From: Eledone cirrhosa
Lineage: Eukaryota
Direction: 5' to 3'
Assembly: GCA_964016885.1 (NCBI GenBank)
Contig: OZ024746.1
Coordinates: 12,772,001-12,836,000 of the forward strand
Length of the DNA stretch: 64,000 nucleotides
Each line of letters opens with the position of its first letter. Positions within the stretch are counted from its first letter, which is position 1. Shown here piece after piece: positions 12,801 through 24,965 of this stretch. A model generated the notes under the pieces. That model had not been told where the DNA came from. It ran no database searches and worked only from the letters and a program-made list of their open reading frames with translations. The position numbers and the translations under genes were made by a program.

Positions 12801-13020
12801 ATAAAAATAGATGGTAGCCACGGAGTAGGCAGACCCAGAAAAACCTGGGACAACTTGATAAATTCCGACCTCACACACTTACACCTCTCCAAGACAATGT
12901 CACTGGACCGAGATCTTTGGCGCTACACAGTAATACAGAAGACCCGCCTTGCCTAAGTACAAAGCGAAACCTACAGTCAGTAGGCACCTCTTAACAAAAA
13001 TACACCACCACCACCACCAT
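9840..13020 (+). mobile_element. Near full-length RTE-clade LINE, inactivated (APE endonuclease, RT, internal PHD finger)
   Basis: APE motifs NVGTL, DVCCIQETRW, SAYAPQ, GNLNGHVG, SQIDYIL (10104-10740); RT motifs NYRGIKL, QFGF, FVDLEKAFDRV, GSVLSPLLF, YADD (12000-12011); RLRWYGHV and GRPRKTW at the C-terminus. Frameshift near 10380, apparent deletion near 10745, TGA at 12579-12581. Confidence 0.93.
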
Positions 13021-13081
13021 GAAACATAAAACAGAAACATAAAACAGAATATTAATTATTCCCTTTGCATATTAATTGATT

Positions 13082-15391
13082 AACTGTACTATTAATATAT
13101 ATTACTATCAACATGTACTACTATCTATGTGTACTACTATCAACATGTACCACTATCAACATGTATCCCTATCAACATGTACCACTATCAACATGTATCC
13201 CTATCAACATGTACCACTATCAACATGTATCCCTATCAACATGTACCACTATCAACATGTCCTACTATCAACATGTACCACTATCAACATGTACCACTAT
13301 CAACATGTACCACTATCAACATGTACCACTATTAACATGTACTACTATCAACATGTACCACTATCAACATGTACCACTATCAACATGTTCTACTATCAAC
13401 ATGTACTACTGTCAACATGTACCACTATCAACATGTATCCCTATCAACATGTACCACTATCAACATGTCCTACTATCAACATGTTCTACTATCAACATGT
13501 ACTACTGTCAACATGTACTACTATTAACATGTACTACTGTCAACATCTACTATCAACATGTACCACTATCAACTTGTACTACTATCAACATGTACCACTA
13601 TCAACATGTACTACTGTCAACATGTACTACTATCAACTTGTACTACTATCAACATGTACCACTATCAACATGTACCACTATCAACATGTACCACTATCAA
13701 CATGTACTACTGTCAACATGTACCACTATCAACATATACTACTATCAACATGTACCACTATCAACATGTACCACTATCAACATGTACCACTATCAACATG
13801 TACCACTATCAACATGTACTACTATCAACATATACTACTATCAACATATACTACTATTAACATGTTCTACTATTAACATGTACTACTATCAACATGTACT
13901 ACTATCAACATGTACTACTATCAACATGTACTACTATCAACATGTTCTACTATCAACATGTACCATTATTAACATGTACTACTATCAACATATACTACTG
14001 TCAACATGTACCACTAATAACATGTACTACTGTCAACATGTACCACTATCAACATGTACTACTATCAACATGTACTACTATCAACATGTTCTACTATCAA
14101 CATGTACCATTATTAACATGTACTACTATCAACATATACTACTGTCAACATGTACCACTAATAACATGTACTACTGTCAACATGTACCACTATCAACATG
14201 TCCTACTATCAACATGTACTACTATTAATATGTACTACTATCAACATGTACCACTATCAACATGTACCACTATTAACATGTACTACTATCAACTTGTACT
14301 ACTATCAACATGTACCACTATCAACATGTACCACTATCAACATGTACCACTATCAACATGTACCACTGTCAACATGTACTACTATCAACATGTACCACTA
14401 TCAACTTTTACTACTATCAACATGTACCACTATTAACATGTATTACTGTCAACATGTTCTACTATCAACATGTACTACTATCAACATGTACTACTATCAA
14501 CATGTTCTACTATCAACATGTACCATTATTAACATGTACTACTATCAACATATACTACTGTCAACATGTACCACTAATAACATGTACTACTGTCAACATG
14601 TACCACTATCAACATGTCCTACTATCAACATGTACTACTATTAATATGTACTACTATCAACATGTACCACTATTAACATGTACTACTATCAACTTGTACT
14701 ACTGTCAACATGTACCACTATCAACATGTACCACTATCAACATGTACCACTATCAACATGTACTACTATCAACATGTACCACTATCAACATGTACCACTA
14801 TCAACATGTACTACTATCAACATGTACCACTATCAACATGTACCACTATCAACATGTACCACTATCAACATGTACCACTGTCAACATGTACTACTATCAA
14901 CATGTACTACTATCAACATGTACCACTATCAACATGTACCACTATCAACATGTACCACTATCAACATGTACCACTGTCAACATGTACTACTATCAACATG
15001 TACCACTATCAACTTTTACTACTATCAACATGTACCACTATTAACATGTATTACTGTCAACATGTTCTACTATCAACATGTACTACTATCAACATGTACT
15101 ACTATCAACATGTACCATTATTAACATGTACTACTATCAACATATACTACTGTCAACATGTACCACTATCAACATGTCCTACTATCAACATGTACTACTA
15201 TTAACATGTACTACTGTCAACATGTACCACTATTAATATGTACTACTGTCAACATGTACTACTATCAACATGTACCACTATCAACATGTACTACTATCAA
15301 CATGTACCACTATCAACATGTACCACTATCAACATGTACTACTATTAACATGTACCACTATCAACATGTACTACTATTAACATGTACTACT
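13082..15391. repeat. 16-bp tandem satellite, about 144 units, consensus TATCAACATGTAC(C/T)AC
   Basis: Directly visible. It explains all the MYHYQHVPLSTCTTIN ORFs. Confidence 0.97.
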
Positions 15392-15970
15392 AAAACTTTC
15401 AACGAACATTTAATGAAAATTCAAACCATGTATAAATGAAACAATTCTACATAGACATATTAATATATTATAACTGTTGCTCTCGTAACCTTTTTTGTGG
15501 GGGAGTAAGGGAAAGAATGATAAACAAAATAACTAAAAGTGAGTGTGAATGGTGTACAGTCGGGTCCCAAACAATAGGGGTGTGTGTGTGGAATAAGTGG
15601 TGGGATTGAAAAATAGATAATTTTTTAGGCTGTCTATCTTGAGTTTTTTTAAGCAGAATTAGTCATTTAGTTACATATTGAGACCCCAACTCATCCTATT
15701 TATTTATAACGTATGTTCTTTTTGTTTGTTTGTTTTGTTTTGTTTTTTGTTATGTATAATGTTTTTTTTAATATCTAAAGAAAATTAACTGTTGCAGGAA
15801 TGCAACCATTTAAAATAAAGTTTCGCTGGAGATAGATTAGCAAAATGTAATAAGCAGAGCTGTGGAATAAGAGTGTGGGAGGTGGGAAAATATCTGAAAA
15901 ATTAATAAGTGATGGAGGGACGATTATTGGAAACTTGAGAGTATATGAACTAGAAGTTGGTAATATATAT

Positions 15971-16044
15971 GTAAGGGCAATAACTAAGGTAAAAAGAGTG
16001 ATCTACTAAGTTAGATAACTCTTTTCCTTAGTTATTGCCCTTAC
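15971..16044. repeat. 74-bp hairpin with AAGGGCAATAACT arms
   Basis: gtaagggcaataactaagg...aagag.gatcta / tagataactctt..ccttagttattgcccttac. Confidence 0.85.
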
Positions 16045-16183
16045 GGCGATAATTTAACGGGATATGGTTAATTATAACATACATTTGAAGCACGACAATT
16101 TGGGGTCTGAAGTTGATATATATGTGTGCAAAGGTTGCATAAAACATTTTTAGAAGGCCACCCTAGCATTCATTATTGTATGA

Positions 16184-16365
16184 ATTGGCAGTATCGGTAG
16201 AGGGTTGGACGCCATGCTTTCTAGCATAGTTACGTCCCTTTACAGTCTGAGTTCAAATCCCGCCGAGGTTAACTTTGCCTTTCATCCTTACGGGGTCGAT
16301 AAAATAAAGTACCAGTAATGTACTGGGTAATTTCTGGCCTTGTGCCTAAAGTAGAAACAATTATT
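16184..16365 (+). mobile_element. Nin-domain SINE, well preserved
   Basis: ggcagtatcggtagagg...tctgagttcaaatcccgccgaggttaactttgcctttcatccttacggggtcgataaaataaagtaccag...ggccttgtgcc. Other copies at about 2020-2125, 4790-4860, 5400-5540, 17075-17295(-), 28430-28790(-), 36420-36540, 38330-38470(-), 42243-42386, 43583-43685, 45906-46130 and 49113-49298. Confidence 0.85.
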
Positions 16366-16560
16366 GTAATCTGTAATTAAGGGAGTGTGCATGTTTTCTC
16401 TTTTTTCTGACTTATTTTTATTGATTTTATTTTTTGCAAATCAATTTATTTTATAAAATATAGAGTTAAATTGTATGTAAACATATATATATGTGTAAAA
16501 TGGAGAGTTAGAAGAGACGATGGAACGATATATATTTTACAGTATCTAGTTTTAGTCTGT

Positions 16561-16620
16561 ACATATTGATAGTGGTACATATTGATAGTGGTACATGTTG
16601 ATAGTAGGACACGTTGATAT
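16561..16620 (-). repeat. Inverted 3-4 unit copy of the 16-bp satellite
   Basis: acatattgatagtggtacatattgatagtggtacatgttgatagtaggacacgttgata is the reverse complement of the satellite unit. Confidence 0.9.
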
Positions 16621-17929
16621 TCTGAGTTCAAATTCTGCTGGTGTTGACTCTAGAGTAGCGCAATTAATACTAGTAATATACTGAGGTTAAACCAATCAGT
16701 ATTTTCCCTCTATTTGAATAATTGTCCTCATGCCTGAAGAAGAAAAAACAATGCATAAATTCAATATTTTGTGACTCTGTTATAGACGTAGAATGAGTCA
16801 TATGCCAGTAAGATGTTCACTCAATGTTAGACACCTGTACATGGTAAACTTAGCGAGAAACTATTGTACAGTGGCCATCACAAACAGTCTGTAATCAAAA
16901 CCAAGACATGAAGTCAATGATAAGACTGATGGAGATTATTACATACTCTGGTTTTTCGGTTGTCTTGACTATGTACTGATCGTGCACCTTTGATGAGTTG
17001 TAGTGCACCTGAGCACTGTACACAATAATTTAATTTTTATTATTATTATGATCAAAGGTGACTTAAAATCGTAAATAACGGTTTCTGATTTTGACACTAG
17101 ACCAACAATTTCTAGGGAGGGAAACGTTGACTAAATTGACCCCAGAGCATTACTGGTACTTTATTTTATTGATTCTGTAAGGATGAAAAGCAAAGCTAAT
17201 CTCAGAAGGATTTGAACTCAGAACATAAAAGGCCGTAACTCTATGCCATAAAGCATATTGTCTGATGTTCTACCGATACTGCCAATTCACCACCCCTAAA
17301 TTCGTTAATAATAACTAGCTGTATCAATGCATGGAATTAATCCAATGAAAGTATACGTGATTTTGGTTGGTACTCCAACTGTTGCTACTGACAGTTAGCA
17401 ACACTTTTATCAACTTAGTCAACTACAACTATTATAATATTACCAAGAATACAACTTCTTTATTCCAGCCAAAAGATTAAGGTGTGATAACTAACTTTTC
17501 TTTTGAAAATAACTTTTAGCCCTTTCGTTACCACATTTCTAATGAAAGGCACAGCATATGATTTTCGAATAATTTTGAAAATATTAATACGGTGTGTGGA
17601 ACGTAACTTAATAAAGGCTTTTTCATAAACCGTTGCCTTCACAAGCATTGATTTTTTTTCTTTTTGATTATTCAAGAGAAAAAAGCAGTACACATGACCC
17701 TTTACAGGAGCTCCACGACTGATGGGCGGGAGGGAGAGAGGATATTATCTTCAGACAGGAGACATGACCTGAATTTTTGCAACAGAGTAGACACTACTAA
17801 TAACACCAAATCCCAGGTGGTGATATTAAGCCAGACGACGGTTAAGTCTACAACCAAATCTTTTTAATGGCCTTTTAATCCTTTGTTGAAAAGTCTCAAC
17901 CATTTATTATAATTCCATTAATACATATG

Positions 17930-18210
17930 TGGAGGCACGTGGCCTTGTGGTAAGGGTCTTGGATTTATGATCATAATGTTGTGGGTTTCATTCCTGGACT
18001 GAGTTGTGTTCTTGAGCAAAACACTTCATTTCACGTTGTTCCAGTATACTCAACAGAAAATGTGTACCAGCAATAGCTGGGGGTTTAACCCTGCAATGGA
18101 CTGGTGTCCTATCCAGGGGGGGGGGGGGTCTTATATTCTCAGTTACTTCATGCTACAAAACTAGGATAAGCACTGGCCTGATGAGCTTCCTGCTTGGAGA
18201 CTGACTTAGA
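17930..18210 (+). mobile_element. tRNA-derived SINE with tgtgt(c/t)cttgagcaa central domain
   Basis: ggaggcacgtggccttgtggtaaggg...gggtttcattcctggac...tgtgttcttgagcaaaacacttcatttcacgttgttccag. Related copies at 42648-42800 and 56277-56400. Confidence 0.7.
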
Positions 18211-18211
18211 C

Positions 18212-18250
<39 letters not shown>

Positions 18251-19380
18251 CGAGGTGTATATGAAGGGATACTATTAACGTTTTAAGCTGTGATATGATC
18301 ACAGCTATCTCAGTAGCCATGTGAGAATGCCAGACACATGTTTCTGGATTTTTATCCATCATCGGTAACTTTAACTCACTCATTATGTAGACAGGAATAA
18401 TCTATAGCTTATACACTTTTTTTACATGACAGATCGGCTGGAGATGCTCATTTAACATAGAGTGCAAGCTTGACTAGCTAGGATTAATAACATTAACATT
18501 ATGAGTACACTGGGTGCATTCTATGATGGTACCATACATTATATCTAGTAACAGAAGACTTTTCTCTTCTCGTTAACAGGTTGAAATAAGCTTGGAGAAG
18601 ATGGTAAATGAAGAAGCAGAAAGGACCCTGTCTGCCAGTATGCTCCTGACTCCCACCATCTATTTCCCTTCATCTTATTCCCTCACCACCATCTGGTCCA
18701 CCTACATCCTTTAGGCCTCCTCTACTCACATCCTTCATCATCCAACCCATGCCAGTGTGTAAAGACAGGCGCACCCTCTCCAACAATGTGCTATTCCCAC
18801 CCACCAACATCCACAACTCACCCAGCCAAGACCAGCAATATAAAGCCAGGCTCATCACAGAATATACTGTTACACACTCTCTTGATAGCCACTCCCACGA
18901 CCGTATTGTTCCACAATGAGATGACAACACCCCTCAGTCAATAAGATCTGGCTTCCTGGTTGTTTCATCTTGATTGTATTTGAAAAATTTTGGGCTTGCT
19001 GTTCAGATTCATAAAATACTTAACAGTGTATAATCTGTACAATCAAACTCAAACATATTAAGTCATTGCTGTTAATCTCTCTATAATGTTGTAATTAATA
19101 TATCTCCCACTTACCACAGATACAGCAACAGTAGAAGTTTTGTAACTTAATAGCTCTCAACTCCTTAACTTTTAACATCCTGCACTACATGAAGCTGCAT
19201 TAGCAAGACATCCTTCTCAGGTACAAAACAGCATTACAACAGCATCATATTAAAAACTAGTCTTTAATTTAATATTACATATTTTCACAATGATCTGTCC
19301 ACTAGTAAAGATACTATAAACATTTGAATTAAAAGGTCCCACTTTTAGATATTTTCTGCCAAATTATTATAGGATGTTAA

Positions 19381-19579
19381 CCCTTTAGCATTTAAACCGG
19401 CTGTATCTCTCACTTCTTTCTATTCAAACCGGCCACTCATACTGACATTAAGGTATTGTTCTCAAAATAAATAACATCAAAGTCTTGTAGATTCGATATT
19501 ATGTGAGATAATTATGTAAGATAAAGCCTTTACCACAAAAATACAATAGTATATATAAAGTAATGTAGATGCTAAAGGG
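19381..19579. mobile_element. piggyBac-like MITE (TTAA TSD, CCCTTTAGCAT TIR)
   Basis: ttaa|ccctttagcat ... atgctaaaggg|ttaa. Same family at 23525-23743 and 57283-57483, partial copies at about 4190-4379, 20463-20660 and 25261-25425; a related TTAA-flanked element at about 21670-21903. Confidence 0.8.
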
Positions 19580-20627
19580 TTAAGAGTTAAACTATACATA
19601 ATCATCCGACAACTTTCTATGGAGTGAGGTCTTATTAGACCATAAATGTAAACAACCAAAAGATTTCATTTCTAACAGCAATTTATTCACATGTAACCTT
19701 TTATTACTATATTTCCAATAAAAGACACTGCATATGGATTTCAAATAATTTGGAAAATAATAAAAAATTTGAAGGATTTAGTAATATAAGTAACTTTCTC
19801 ATTAAGCTGATATTTGGAACATAACCAAAGCTCTTACATAAAATTACGGTAAAAGATTTTTAGTCAAAGACACATTAAAACTGTCAGTTTTGTATCTTAG
19901 AACTAGGAATGGTTTCAGGCAATTTACTACTAAGAAGGTTAATGATATAATTATGATTATTTCACATACTTGTATTCAACAATTGAACATATTTCTATTG
20001 ATACCAAACAAACAGTTCCTTCTCTTTTCTTTGGATTCTATTCAGTACATTTCAATAACCCGTGTGGAAGTGAATAGTTACCTGTAATATTACAAAACAA
20101 TGAAGTCTATAGTAACAGAAAACATTTAAGTTGGAACAATGACCTGGCAGATTGAATCTGGTTCTAAATCCTATTGTAATAATATTGACTAGAGTTATGA
20201 AACTATATCAATTAAAAAATTTGTAAACTGTCATGTGAAAACCAAAATAATAACTTCCTTGATTCCAAAATAGTAAATATATTCCATAATTAGTTCATTA
20301 TGGGAACCAGTGAAGATCCATTCCTTCAGAGATGAACATTGAAGAATACACAGGAGTGGTTTCCATTGTTTTCTCCAGACCCTCAATAAGATGTAAATTT
20401 AACACTGAAAGCTGTTGCAGTGATGAACTACTGTAATGTCTAGAGTTAAGTGTGTATGACTGTTAACCCTTTCGTATTTACATTACTATTATATTTTCAA
20501 AGTAAAGCTTTATCTCACATATTTTTGAATCTATGAGATATTGATATTTATTTTGAGAACAATACCTTAACATCAGTATGAGCGGCTGGTTACAGCTGGT
20601 CTGAACAGAAAGATTTGAGAGAATTCT

Positions 20628-20749
20628 GGCCAGATATGGTCGACCTGTTTAAATGTTAAATTTCTTGATCACATACAATAGCAGGATATGGCCAGATATG
20701 GTCGACCGGGTTAAATGTTAAATTTCTTGATCACATACAATAGCAGGAT
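20628..20749. repeat. Tandem duplication of about 61 bp
   Basis: ggccagatatggtcgacc..ttaaatgttaaatttcttgatcacatacaatagcaggata occurs twice in tandem. Confidence 0.9.
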
Positions 20750-22069
20750 AGGAGCTGATAACCTCTTGACTTATTGTCTTGTATCCTATTAATTCAGTTT
20801 ACTAAAATGAAAGAATAGTGTAAAGATTAATTTTTCATTCTCCAACACACACAAAAAAAACAAATGAACTAATATATGTTATTTTGGACTGTAGTCTAGT
20901 TTAAAATCATCAACATTTTATGGCCATTTTCCAGCACGAGTTGAGCAGGTTAAAGTGACCTCATGTGTTCCATATTTGGCATGGTTTCTACAGCTGGATG
21001 CACTTTCTAATGCCAGCCACCATACAGGATGTACTGGATACATTTTTTATGATACTAGTTTAAATATTAAACTATTGTACAATATGCTCCTCATTTCATA
21101 AACACAATAATTCATTGACTTCTAGTTTTAACAAGTCTGAAGCAGAGAGACAAATTTACACCATATATAGAATACTAATCTGTCCCATGGCTTTTCTCCT
21201 GAACAGTTTGAAACTAAGGTAATATAGAATTAAATATATTATCGAGAAACCTCCGAGTTGGGTTTGAAATAAATCTTAATCCAGCATTCCATCTAATAAA
21301 CTACTTGGATATTTCCTCTTTATGATATATATCTTTAAATGTTGAGTATATAAAATAATCTTACTGGAAGTTTCTTTTCATTCCATTAACATCTTTACTT
21401 TATTAATGTATTTAACTATTGTTATGTTTATGAATCCATACATACTGGGGATCAATGCTATCAAATAAGAACTTATATATAAGTTTGTGACCCAGTTTCA
21501 TTTTATTCCCATCATTGTATATCCTTAGGAAAGGTATAACCATCATATATAATTATACAATTTCCATTACCTCTCAATAATCACCCATTGAACAACATAT
21601 TCAACAATAAAAAAAAAACAGATTCAAAGCCGACTGTTTATTATACTTACAGGAGATAAATTTGTTTAACCCTTTCATGACTGCATTTCTAATGAAATAT
21701 ACTCTATTTTGATTAATTAATGAAAAAGTTTGAGGGATTTACTAAAATTATTAATTATTTCATTACTAAGAATGTAACTTAATGCAAGGTTTTTATTTAA
21801 AAAATTATGTTGGAAGATTTTTATTTGAATTGGAAACCTTTAAAATAGGTGGTTTTATTTCATTGAATCAGAACTAGTTTGGACCAGGTTGGTAACTAAA
21901 GGGTTAAAGAAGCCAATGTTTAACCTAATACAAGGGGAATGTTTTTGAGAAAGAGATGCTGTCTATTGATTGTCCACAGCATGTTGCTGATAGTTATTCT
22001 TAACTGACTTCCACAAAGGAAAGTTGACTGTCAAAAATTGAAACCAGAAGATAGGATATGTTAAACATA

Positions 22070-22365
22070 TAATAATAATTAAAGTATTGTATAGTGCTCA
22101 AATGCACTACAACTCATCAAAGGTGTATGTATAGTACATAGAATAATATACAAATGTCAGGGAAGTGAATAGTGTACGAGTCATGATATACATGTATGCG
22201 TGTGTATGGAGGGGGAATATTAGGTGTAGTGATGGTGAATCTCAGAGAGCATGGAGGTTTTAAAGGATGCAGTGTCTTGACAGCTAATAACTGATGCAGG
22301 TAGTTTGTTCCATGCTTCAGCAACTCTGAGCATGAAAAAATGTTTCTGAAAGTCATATGGTTGTT
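22070..22365 (-). mobile_element. CR1-type LINE 3' fragment
   Basis: Reverse complement matches the FRKHFF.LRVAEAWNKLP end and the 3' UTR of the 27-kb and 41-kb copies. Shorter 3' tails at about 16983-17050(+) and 35975-36075(-). Confidence 0.85.
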
Positions 22366-24470
22366 TTTATTGAACCAAACCAGTGAATTACTGGTACCTT
22401 TTAATGAATCCTGGCAAGTGAAAACCAAAATGAACTTCAACCAGGAATACAATTCAAAATTTTAAATGTTGAAAAATAAATATTGTATGATATTTAACAA
22501 GATGATTAATTGATGTCCAGGTATGTCAAAATGGAAGCATCAATCAGGAAACTTTCCTGGTGATTTCAAAATGAATGAAACAGTTCTAGTCCTGTAAAAG
22601 AAATTTCTATATAATATATATATATATGTTGTTACTGATAACATGTTTGGTTAAAGTGTATTAAAAGACTATGACTTTATTTTATTTTATTTTTTTATTC
22701 CAAAATTGACCAAAAACAAAACATAAAGATAATAAAAAATATGGCATGAATACATGACAATCATCATCATCATCATATTGATCATATTGACTGAGTATAA
22801 TGTAATCAATAACCTATTCACCAGGTTTAATAGTTTTTCCTTTGACCTTTTTTCCCCAGTTGGTGATGGAGATGTGTGGAGGGTGGGGTATACAGGAAGT
22901 CTGTGTTTACCTACTTTTCAGTGGGGTGGGGTTAAAGCATCAATAAATTGTCATTATTACACCATCACCCATCTCCAAGACAGGTGTAATAGTATAATTT
23001 TTATTATTACACCCCGGATGTCTTTCCTAATGCCAACCACTTTACAGGGTTGACTGGCTGCTTTTTGTCATGACACCAACACTGCCTTACAGAGCAAACT
23101 AGGTGCTTTTTGTCATGGCACAGTATTATAAGGCTGCATAAGTATTTCAAATAAGTTTTGTTTTAATTATTCGGCAATTATGAGAGACAACTTGAGACAT
23201 GTTTTGATCTAATTAAACCTCCTCAACAAAATATTTCTTGAAATATCAATGAGAGAATCATCAAGTAAATATACAATATTTTACGTGAGGAGACACTAAA
23301 ACTGACATATTCGAAAAACAAATCACCGAGACTTATAACTTAGAGATGCCATCCACATGAAAAATAATAGTAAAGTTGTGTTAACATATTTAATGTAATA
23401 ATCATTAAATATTGAGTTAAAAATACTCAGTATATGGTGAAGAGAAGATAACATTAACTCAATATTATTTTGGTGTTAGATTTTTTAAAACTGACAATAT
23501 TAAATATACTGAATACTAACTTAACCCATTATCATTTAAACCAACCATATCTGGCCAGAATTCTCTCACCTCTTTCTGTTGAAACCAACCGTAACTGGCC
23601 ACTTATATCAATGTTAAGGTATTGTTCTCAAAATAAATAATTTCAAAATCTCAGATTCAATATTATGTGAGATAATTATGGAAGATAAAGCCTTTACCGT
23701 GAAAATATAATAGTAAATATAGAGTAATGTGAATGCTAAAGGGTTAAAAACTGTTTACCATGTTAATGCTTCTGATTTGGGAGGTTTTTTTAAAAATCTT
23801 AATATCTTAGCTCAGGTATAGAAAATCCCGATAGCACTGGATCCCTGTCCCTACTTGACTTCCAACTGAGAAGGTGACATGCACACAGACTTAATATACT
23901 GTAATGATTTAATGCTGAATGGAAAGTATCTAAAAATCAGGTTTGTTAATTCAGATGTTTATAGTATCTTTACTAGTGGACAGATCGTTGTGAAAATTTG
24001 CAGTATTAGAATAAAGACATTAATTGTTTCACGTGATGCTGTTTTGTCCTTTTTCAAGAATGTCTTGCTAATGACATTCCATGTGGTACAGGATGTAAGG
24101 AGTTAAATAAGTACTAAATAATTAGCAGTGCTCCGATTGATGGTATCTGGAATGGGGGGAGTAACTGAAGGTCAACAATATTTCTGGGTATTTTCAAATA
24201 ATTCTATTTTATAGAAATTGATAATTACTATTACCAACTGTGAACTTGCAAAGGTAAATTAGTCATTTTAAGGTTATAACAACAACAACAAAAATAAATC
24301 AATGACCAAAATAATGTAAACAAACCATTTCAAACCTGTAATAAAATTGAAGTGAGTGGTGGTGGTGGTGGTGGTGGGGAGGGGGGATAGATGAAGAAGG
24401 AAAGACAAAGGGAGATAATCAATGGATTGGGGTTTTTGTTTTTGTTTTTGCATTATGAATGTTCCTGCCA

Positions 24471-24965
24471 TCAATCTCTAAAGTGCAACCCATCACTGAT
24501 AGCATCAGCGACATCATTGATATAAAATTCTTCATCATAGTGAACACACTGGGATAGAATTACAGAGACTTTCACAGTGATGTCACCAAAAACAGAACGA
24601 GATTGTTTAAGAAGACGGTCTTTAAAGCTTCTTTTGGCATCTTCAGCTTCATCACGGTACATTGGTTCAGAAATAAAAGTCTGAGTGCCATACCCGCCAC
24701 CACTCAAGCCTTCAATGTAACGCCAGCGGATATGATCTATTTGATTACTCTTCAGAACACCAGCGCCCAAAGGTATTCCATTTATGAGCCGTGGAAGACG
24801 CTTGTAACATGTGTGTGGCAGAGGGTCATTAGGATTACCTGTGTAGACTGGATGGAGGGTGATTTGCATGAGGTAACATTGTCGGTCATCTTCAGAATAA
24901 TTCTGCTGACTCACCTGTTGACTAGCTCTGACTGGAGAGACTGTGAAACGAGATGTGGTTGCCAT
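24471..24965 (-). CDS. Uncharacterised 164-aa protein, single coding exon, N-terminal SRFTVSPV motif
   Basis: Uninterrupted non-repetitive ORF with ordinary globular composition; ATG in attATGG context; tttctattgtAG acceptor (24993-24992) 26 nt upstream; TGA at 24473-24471. No family recognised. Confidence 0.6.
   Translation of the reverse strand: MATTSRFTVSPVRASQQVSQQNYSEDDRQCYLMQITLHPVYTGNPNDPLPHTCYKRLPRLINGIPLGAGVLKSNQIDHIRWRYIEGLSGGGYGTQTFISEPMYRDEAEDAKRSFKDRLLKQSRSVFGDITVKVSVILSQCVHYDEEFYINDVADAISDGLHFRD

Noticed and set aside
13082-15391. CRISPR-like array
   Set aside because: No unique spacers; a pure tandem repeat in eukaryotic DNA. The same applies to the 48-bp array at 29.4-30.0 kb.
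13076-15439. Long Cys/His/Tyr-rich ORFs (up to 371 aa)
   Set aside because: By-product of a stop-free 16-bp repeat read in all three frames; no unique flanking coding sequence or splice context.
17930-18000. tRNA gene
   Set aside because: Degenerate A/B boxes run into SINE body sequence with no intact cloverleaf; the same holds for the other SINE heads.
18580-18950. Possible exon after the tctcgttaacAG acceptor
   Set aside because: No sustained open frame or recognisable homology; probably decayed repeat.
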